Of a stretch of 64,000 nucleotides of DNA, positions 58,294-64,000 are shown piece after piece (the first letter of the stretch is position 1; every line of letters starts with the position of its first letter). Source of the DNA: an uncultured virus (IMG/VR IMGVR_UViG_2684623188_000002) (taxonomy: Duplodnaviria > Heunggongvirae > Uroviricota > Caudoviricetes); the IMG/VR virus record IMGVR_UViG_2684623188_000002; one strand, given 5' to 3'. The notes below the pieces were generated by a model. The model made no database searches and had not been told where the DNA came from. It worked only from the letters and a program-made list of their open reading frames with translations. Position numbers and translations under genes: made by a program.

Positions 58294-58955
58294 TGAGAAC
58301 AGAACTTCAGGGCACTGAAAAGTGGCATGCAGACCGATCTGGTCGCGTGACAGCCAGCCGGTTTAAAGATGTGATTGCCTGGGGGAAGCCTGACAAAAAT
58401 GGGAAACGTGAGCCTATGGGCGCGCGGACCTCATACATGCGGGAGCTGTGCTTCGAGCGACTGGCAAAGAAATCAAAGCACAACGTCAGCAGCGCTTCCA
58501 TAAAGTGGGGTCACACCGAAGAACAGAAGGCTCAAGACGCCTACGAGATGTTGACCGGCAACATCGTCATGCCGTCAGAGTTCATCGTCCACCCGAAGTA
58601 CGACTGGCTCGGCTGCTCGCCAGACGGCCTGATCAACGATGACGGGGGAACCGAATCGAAATGCCCTTTCAACGAGGCAATACACGTCAAGACATGGCTC
58701 GAAGGTATGCCTGAGGAACACATGCCGCAGGTTCAGGGCTGCATGTTCGTTACGGGACGGAAATGGTGGGACTTTCTGTCGTTCGATTCTCGCCAAGATG
58801 AAGAGTGTCAGCTCTACATCGAGACGATTCACCGCGACGAAGACTACATCGCCAACCTGCACAAAGAGCTGGTCCAGTTCAACCTGGAACTGAATCGCAT
58901 GGTTGATGAAGTCGCAGACAAAGCTCGCGCGCAAGCCTATCGGCTAGGTGCCTGA
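58293..58955 (+). CDS. YqaJ/lambda-exonuclease-like nuclease
   Basis: QGT..W...R.G..TAS, WG...E, SPDGL, E.KCP. Confidence 0.92.
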   Translation: MRTELQGTEKWHADRSGRVTASRFKDVIAWGKPDKNGKREPMGARTSYMRELCFERLAKKSKHNVSSASIKWGHTEEQKAQDAYEMLTGNIVMPSEFIVHPKYDWLGCSPDGLINDDGGTESKCPFNEAIHVKTWLEGMPEEHMPQVQGCMFVTGRKWWDFLSFDSRQDEECQLYIETIHRDEDYIANLHKELVQFNLELNRMVDEVADKARAQAYRLGA

Positions 58956-59036
58956 TCGTGAGGCGCTTCCGCACACAACAACGCAAACGACAAACCTGGC
59001 TGGCGCTACCGGCTAGTGGCATAGAAGAGGTTGACC

Positions 59037-59363
59037 ATGGCAATGGATGGAAAGGCGCGTTCAGCCAAGGCGGCGCAGAAGCGGATCGAGTACGACGAGA
59101 AAGAGTTGCGGCACCGGCTCAGGCTTGGCACCCGACAGAAGCTTGACGAGCTGATGGCTTGGAACAGTATCGATGAGATAAGTGAGGCGGTGCAGAACCT
59201 GATCCTGAACGCTCATGCGCTCGGACCTACCCTGTCATACCAGGCGATAGAAAGTCCGCGACACGAAATCGTTTTTAGCGAAAACGTTTCGCGTACTTTT
59301 TTGAATGAAAGCCTGCGCGAATTACGCAAAGACCCGGGCGACGAGGACTTCCCTCCGAACTGA
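59037..59363 (+). CDS. Hypothetical phage protein containing palindrome copy 3
   Basis: GAGG SD, helical ORF. Confidence 0.65.
   Translation: MAMDGKARSAKAAQKRIEYDEKELRHRLRLGTRQKLDELMAWNSIDEISEAVQNLILNAHALGPTLSYQAIESPRHEIVFSENVSRTFLNESLRELRKDPGDEDFPPN
59257..59293. repeat. CGCGACAC-N21-GTTTCGCG palindrome, copy 3
   Basis: Same arms, one mismatch, similar GAAAAC before right arm. Confidence 0.65.
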
Positions 59364-59400
59364 TGTCATACCTCATACTGATGAGCTGTATAGCCCGCCT

Positions 59401-59982
59401 TTACTTAACCGGTGGGGCAGGTGAAGGTTCTGATGGCAGTTTGTATACATACCTGGGGTAGTAAAGACATTCCGCTTTGGCAGCAATCGCGGCCTCATAC
59501 CTGACCTTGGGACCGTTTGGCTCTATCATAGCCACGATCATTTTTTCCTTAACGCTCGCGCTAATACTGTTCATAACTTGAGCATCAGCTGCTCCACTAA
59601 ATCCCGCTTCATCAATGGTTCTCGTGGCCATGTTAGCTGCACCGCCCATCCCGCTGAAGGCCGCGATCCATGGCGCATTAGCTGCTGCATTTGCACTAAT
59701 CAGAGCTGGAGCCACCACGGCGCCAGCTACGAGTCCACCAAGAGATATCCATAAGTTTTTTTTCGATCTTTTCTCGGCTAGGGTGCTTCTTGAACCTATT
59801 ACCTCACTGCATACCAAGTTCGCATCGTCAATTGCAGCCTGAATGACTGGCTCTGCAATCGCATTATCCGCTCGACCTGTTTGAGTTTGCGAAAGGGCTA
59901 ATAACTGTTTTTCGCTAAGTGGCGACGTACCGCATCCAGCGAAAACAAAGAAAGCAAGCGCGAGAATAATTTTTTTAATCAT
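59401..59982 (-). CDS. Moron lipoprotein with extra hydrophobic helices
   Basis: Lipobox FAGC; two Gly/Ala-rich segments. Confidence 0.75.
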   Translation of the reverse strand: MIKKIILALAFFVFAGCGTSPLSEKQLLALSQTQTGRADNAIAEPVIQAAIDDANLVCSEVIGSRSTLAEKRSKKNLWISLGGLVAGAVVAPALISANAAANAPWIAAFSGMGGAANMATRTIDEAGFSGAADAQVMNSISASVKEKMIVAMIEPNGPKVRYEAAIAAKAECLYYPRYVYKLPSEPSPAPPVK

Positions 59983-60121
59983 GCGTCGAGTCCATTCGCT
60001 GAGATTGAACAGAGTCTGTTCAAATACAGTGATAGCACAACGAAATTAAATTGCCATAACACAGCATATTTTTTGTGCTTCGTCGCAAGCCAACTGCGCA
60101 CAGATAACACTCAGACTCTTT

Positions 60122-60568
60122 TCGCATCCGGTCACGGCGGGCGGCGCCTACGATCACGACCCTACGTGCGAAAGCTCTTCGTCAATGATTCGCTCAGCAC
60201 TCTTCGCAGCTGTTGTCGCAAACTCGTAACAGATCCAGAAGTCCTGCTCCGTTACGGATGCAAATCCCTGCAAGTTCTCCAGGCAGCGCGCTAATGCATG
60301 CTTTATCAGGCCATTATTTAGAGCATTGCGGGCTGCCTCTTCACCTTCAACCGCTCGAATGGCAGCTTCGATTTCTTCGATCTGCTTAATCTTTGCCACC
60401 AGCGCGACTTTGGCGAACTCATCTCGCTCGATGATTTTGGTCCAAGAGTGATCAACTATCAGCGTTTTCATTAGTAGTTTCCCGTCTTCATGGCTTATGC
60501 CGGGTCATCAACCAATAGCCTACAAATTCACATCTCGCCATCGCATCCGGTCACGGAGGGCGGCGCCT
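60122..60568 (+). repeat. 28-bp direct repeats flanking a moron
   Basis: TCGCATCCGGTCACGG(C/A)GGGCGGCGCCT at 60122 and 60541. Confidence 0.85.
60154..60471 (-). CDS. Hypothetical moron protein
   Basis: 105-aa helical ORF between direct repeats. Confidence 0.7.
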   Translation of the reverse strand: MKTLIVDHSWTKIIERDEFAKVALVAKIKQIEEIEAAIRAVEGEEAARNALNNGLIKHALARCLENLQGFASVTEQDFWICYEFATTAAKSAERIIDEELSHVGS

Positions 60569-60582
60569 GACTGGAGATAATC

Positions 60583-60987
60583 ATGAACTACAACTGCGCA
60601 TACGTCCGGCAGCACTATCAGGTGCCCGCTGAAGTCGGCCGCCGTGTCATCGCCTACGGAAAACCCGGCGTCATCCTCGCTGATCGCGGCCACTACATCG
60701 GCGTAGTCCTGGATGACGATCCGAAGAAGCGCATCCGGAACTACCACCCAACCCACGAAATGCAGTACGGCGAAATGGCCGAGACTCTGCCGCTCAAGGA
60801 GTGGAAAGTCATCCCTCCATGGGTCGATTGGTTCGATGTTGAGCATTACATCGGCGACGCCCGCAACTGGGTGAAGACAGTCTGGGCAGCCACGCGCAGT
60901 CAAGCCAAGTACAAGGCTTACGAAGACCTGCAAGACAATTGCTATAGCTCGAAGGCCATGTGCTACTTCAAAGCCAGGCGCGCCTGA
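60583..60987 (+). CDS. Hypothetical phage protein
   Basis: YV...Y.VPA..GRRV...GKPG.I; GGAG SD. Confidence 0.75.
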   Translation: MNYNCAYVRQHYQVPAEVGRRVIAYGKPGVILADRGHYIGVVLDDDPKKRIRNYHPTHEMQYGEMAETLPLKEWKVIPPWVDWFDVEHYIGDARNWVKTVWAATRSQAKYKAYEDLQDNCYSSKAMCYFKARRA

Positions 60988-61001
60988 CCCACCCTCACCT
61001 A

Positions 61002-61184
61002 TTACGCTGAATGATCTGTAAATAGGTCAATCGACTGCCTGTAGGTGGCAAGCTCAATTATCTCCCGCAAGCCAATAACGACCTCAAGCTTCTGCTTGTC
61101 GTCAGGAATTCCTATTCGCTTCAGCATCGCTCGGGCGTCTTCCTCGATCGCCGCGAGTGCATCGATATCGCTTTGCAATCTCAT
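61002..61184 (-). CDS. Small hypothetical moron protein
   Basis: GGGAG SD, helical. Confidence 0.6.
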   Translation of the reverse strand: MRLQSDIDALAAIEEDARAMLKRIGIPDDKQKLEVVIGLREIIELATYRQSIDLFTDHSA

Positions 61185-61263
61185 GTCAGTCTCCCGTCAG
61201 GCTGCATTGAACATAAACCAATAGCCCACCTCAACGAATCACGCCAGCCGGCGAGGATCCCCT

Positions 61264-62121
61264 ATGTCTCCCTACAAATTGTCCGGGACGACGGTCGTCA
61301 GCTTTTCCGGTGGCCGAACCAGTGCCTTTATGTTGCGCCAGGTGCTGGATAACAACGAAGACCAGAGCGATCTGGTCGTCACCTTCGCCAACACCGGTAA
61401 GGAACACCCCGCCACGCTCGAGTTTGTCCGGGAGTGTGCCGAGCGCTGGGCTGTGCCGATTGTATGGCTTGAATTCCGGGACAATGAAGCCGGATTTGAG
61501 GTCGTTGACTTTGCCAGCGCCAGCCGCCAAGGCCAGCCGTTCGAGGCGCTGATTCGAAAACGGAAGTACCTGCCCAACCCGGTAACCAGGTTTTGCACCA
61601 TCGATCTCAAAATCAGGATCATTCACAAATACCTGCGCAGCCGAGGTCTGTCGACCGAACAAATGCCGGTGGACATGATGACCGGCATCCGCGCCGATGA
61701 GCCCCGTCGTGTGGTGAAGATCCGGAGCCGGAAGAGCACCAGCGAAAGCAAGTGGGCCACGATGGTGATGCCCCTGGCAGACGCGAGCGTCGGCGTGCAG
61801 GACGTGACGGACTTCTGGGCAAGCCAACCATTCGACCTAATGCTGCCGACGATCAACGGCCGGACGCTAGAAGGTAACTGCGACCTGTGCTTCCTGAAAG
61901 GCGCCAAACAGGTCTATTCGATCATCGCCAGCGACCGCCCCAAAGGCTACTGGTGGGCCCGCATGGAAAGCTCGGTGGTATCCGGTGGAAAGTTCACCGG
62001 TGATGGCGCGAGGTTCCGCAGTGACCGCCCCAGCTATCAGCAAATGCTCGACTACTCAGATACTCAATTCGACATGTTCGCGGAACACGATGAGGCAATT
62101 GTCTGCTTTTGTGGCGATTGA
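61264..62121 (+). CDS. PAPS reductase-family (PP-loop) protein
   Basis: SFSGGRTS, FANTG.E, FCT..LK, GIRADE, GNCDLCFLK, CFCGD. Confidence 0.88.
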   Translation: MSPYKLSGTTVVSFSGGRTSAFMLRQVLDNNEDQSDLVVTFANTGKEHPATLEFVRECAERWAVPIVWLEFRDNEAGFEVVDFASASRQGQPFEALIRKRKYLPNPVTRFCTIDLKIRIIHKYLRSRGLSTEQMPVDMMTGIRADEPRRVVKIRSRKSTSESKWATMVMPLADASVGVQDVTDFWASQPFDLMLPTINGRTLEGNCDLCFLKGAKQVYSIIASDRPKGYWWARMESSVVSGGKFTGDGARFRSDRPSYQQMLDYSDTQFDMFAEHDEAIVCFCGD

Positions 62122-63314
62122 GCGTCTTTAAAGACAACCGATCTATGGTGTTTCAAATACTTTCTCTGCTCATTGTTAAAGCTTCCCGCACTGATATTAG
62201 GGTTCAAGCTCCAAGCTGAGACTACGGTCCTAGCAGTAAAAGCAACAAGGAGGTCACCATTATCCTGGAAAGATATCCAACCCCGATCGAACAACCTGTC
62301 GACGTGTGGTGCCAGCATCAGACCGTTATTCCCGTCCAAGCGCTCGGCGCTGCTGCAGTCCTTCCAAGGTTTAATATGGCTGGCAATAAGGAAGCTCTGA
62401 TCATTAACCCCCGTGAGACGGCACTGAGGTTCGAGCGCCAAAACGCGCTGCCGAAACACGCCCTGTCCACGGCGAGAGCGAATCAGCTGCTCCTTCTCTG
62501 TTTCGGGAATATTCTCTGCGGTCTGAATGTCATTTTCGGCTACATCTGTCTCGATCTGTTGCTCAAGGTCCTGAATGGCTTGAACTACATCAGGACTGCG
62601 CTGGCCGGCGATATCAAGGATCAGTCTGCCCAACTCAGAAGAAATGGCTGCCAGGTAGCAGCCTTGGTTGCCGTTACCGTTTACTTGTAGAGGAGAGCTC
62701 TTCTTCGGCAGCAGTGGCTGTATATGTTCAATATGGGCTTTAGGAGAAACCGGAAACGGTAGAGCTGCCCATTCGATCGGCACCAACCAACCGTTGTTAG
62801 CCCAGTTGGCGCCCGCCTGTCCAAACTCCTCAGGCTTCACTGTCTCTGAATAGTGTTGGGTTGCAACACCGATCGCTTTGATTTTCCCGTCGGCGTAGGA
62901 CACAACAACATCGCAAGGCTGAACCAGGGTCAAGTTGTCATATGTCCTATTACGCGCTCCATTTTTATTGGCCTTTGGCGACCAAATGTAGCCGCCTTCG
63001 AACTCTGACTTGAAGGTCTGCTTGTGATTGACCCACCAGAAACGCTGCGCTGGCTTTGTCGAACCATTTGAGGTGCGCTGAAAAACGACGACTTCATTCA
63101 CCCGGTCAATTGCCTCGCACTCCCATCCCGCCGCAATCCATAGGTGAGCCCACGAGTGACTGTCCTCTGTTCGTGAGTTCCCCCACCAAGCGTCATGGTT
63201 TCTTGCACTGGGTGGCAATCCATCGACTAAAATATCGATTTGCTCAAATGTCAGTTTAAGGGAGTCTTGGGGCTGGACTCTTAGAAAGTCTGCTAAGGGC
63301 GCGTATTTGCTCAC
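62064..63314 (-). CDS. Multidomain HNH endonuclease (type IV restriction-like)
   Basis: C-terminal RRGQG.FR..C.LTG..LIASHIKPW..NGL.L....DRLFD.G; central WWVN..GYIWSP region. Confidence 0.88.
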   Translation of the reverse strand: MSKYAPLADFLRVQPQDSLKLTFEQIDILVDGLPPSARNHDAWWGNSRTEDSHSWAHLWIAAGWECEAIDRVNEVVVFQRTSNGSTKPAQRFWWVNHKQTFKSEFEGGYIWSPKANKNGARNRTYDNLTLVQPCDVVVSYADGKIKAIGVATQHYSETVKPEEFGQAGANWANNGWLVPIEWAALPFPVSPKAHIEHIQPLLPKKSSPLQVNGNGNQGCYLAAISSELGRLILDIAGQRSPDVVQAIQDLEQQIETDVAENDIQTAENIPETEKEQLIRSRRGQGVFRQRVLALEPQCRLTGVNDQSFLIASHIKPWKDCSSAERLDGNNGLMLAPHVDRLFDRGWISFQDNGDLLVAFTARTVVSAWSLNPNISAGSFNNEQRKYLKHHRSVVFKDAQSPQKQTIASSCSANMSN

Positions 63315-63364
63315 TGCTCACCTCCATGTTTGAGGTTGGGAGCATATTGATACCACTACCCGAC

Positions 63365-63455
63365 CGCAACAGCGTCAGTCCACCGCTGATGGCAGCGCTG
63401 GCCCGTGCAGCGATCCCCATGGCAGATGACTGAGCGGCAGGCGGCTGCATCTTAA
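63365..63455 (+). pseudogene. Probable 3' remnant of C5 DNA methyltransferase
   Basis: NSVSPPLMAALARA resembles motif X (GNSV.P). Confidence 0.5.
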
Positions 63456-63650
63456 CTAACGCAGTTTTAAAGCCGATTTGATGGCTTTTTCAGCGATTTT
63501 TTTTGCCTGATCTTCAATGTCGCGTCGAGTCATAACCCTTTTGCACTTTGAGCACTCGGCGCCCACAAGGTCATCAATACTCCTGACCGGCTTTTTGGTT
63601 TCAAACTGTTCAGATCCACAACGGCATTTGAAAGGGACATTTGCGCTCAT
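63456..63650 (-). CDS. Small Zn-ribbon protein
   Basis: C.CG and C..C pairs; GGAGG SD. Confidence 0.7.
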   Translation of the reverse strand: MSANVPFKCRCGSEQFETKKPVRSIDDLVGAECSKCKRVMTRRDIEDQAKKIAEKAIKSALKLR

Positions 63651-63757
63651 GAGGCCTCCGTTCTGACTTTTTGATTCCTGAAAGCAAACCATAGCTCACA
63701 GCCTCATGAACTGCTCTTCACACCGCCAAACGAATTATTCCCGCGCCCACAGAAAAC

Positions 63758-63991
63758 CTATAGGCCTCGTTCAGCAACCTTCTTGGCCCCCAGCTCCCGG
63801 CCCGCCACCTGCGCCAGCCCGCGGTCAGCGAAAGTCTGGTCACCGGCCACAACCGGAATCACCACCTCATCAACGCGTTTCACCTCGACGTTGATCCGCC
63901 AGACCTCCTGGCCGCTCTCCAGTGTTTCGCACTCCATGTAGTTCCAGAGCCGAAATCCTTCGTGCTCGTCATAAATATCGTGCTTGGTCAT
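63758..63991 (-). CDS. Hypothetical moron protein
   Basis: 77-aa ORF antisense to PL operon. Confidence 0.55.
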   Translation of the reverse strand: MTKHDIYDEHEGFRLWNYMECETLESGQEVWRINVEVKRVDEVVIPVVAGDQTFADRGLAQVAGRELGAKKVAERGL

Positions 63992-64000
63992 GTGGTGATC

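Larger units (their letters stand above)
2237..64000. mobile_element. Lambdoid siphovirus-type prophage, right end beyond window
   Basis: Ordered lysis, tail, head, packaging, Q, replication, immunity and recombination modules; left boundary inferred from att-like junction. Confidence 0.9.

Overview
A Pseudomonas-type (inferred) lambdoid, long-tailed prophage runs from an att-like junction at ~2.24 kb to beyond the right edge of the window; its integrase end is not included. A degraded remnant of a related element occupies 1-2236. Left to right: remnant with integrase pseudogene; junction carrying a duplicated ABC-F (YbiT-like) 5' end; ~8 kb cargo (GH18 chitinase, AA10 LPMO, BBE-type FAD oxidase, secreted and HNH-like proteins); spanins and endolysin; tail genes with a lipoprotein cassette array between gpK and gpI; head and packaging genes; holins and a csrA-like gene; Q-like gene with pR'; nin and replication genes; Rha/antirepressor; cro/cI. 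Five related operators place OR and OL ~4.6 kb apart, around an accessory block that includes a nucleotidyltransferase-like two-gene operon. The PL operon has a long structured leader, recombination genes and many antisense-oriented morons, including an HNH nuclease next to a probable DNA-methyltransferase remnant. Best candidates for new biology: the NTase plus partner operon, the shared-signal lipoprotein array, the signal-peptide-less chitinolytic cargo, a thrice-repeated CGCGACAC-N20/21-GTGTCGCG palindrome, the HNH/methyltransferase swap and several structured RNAs. All family calls are by eye from motifs and gene order; no searches were run. No tRNA, rRNA or CRISPR array was seen.
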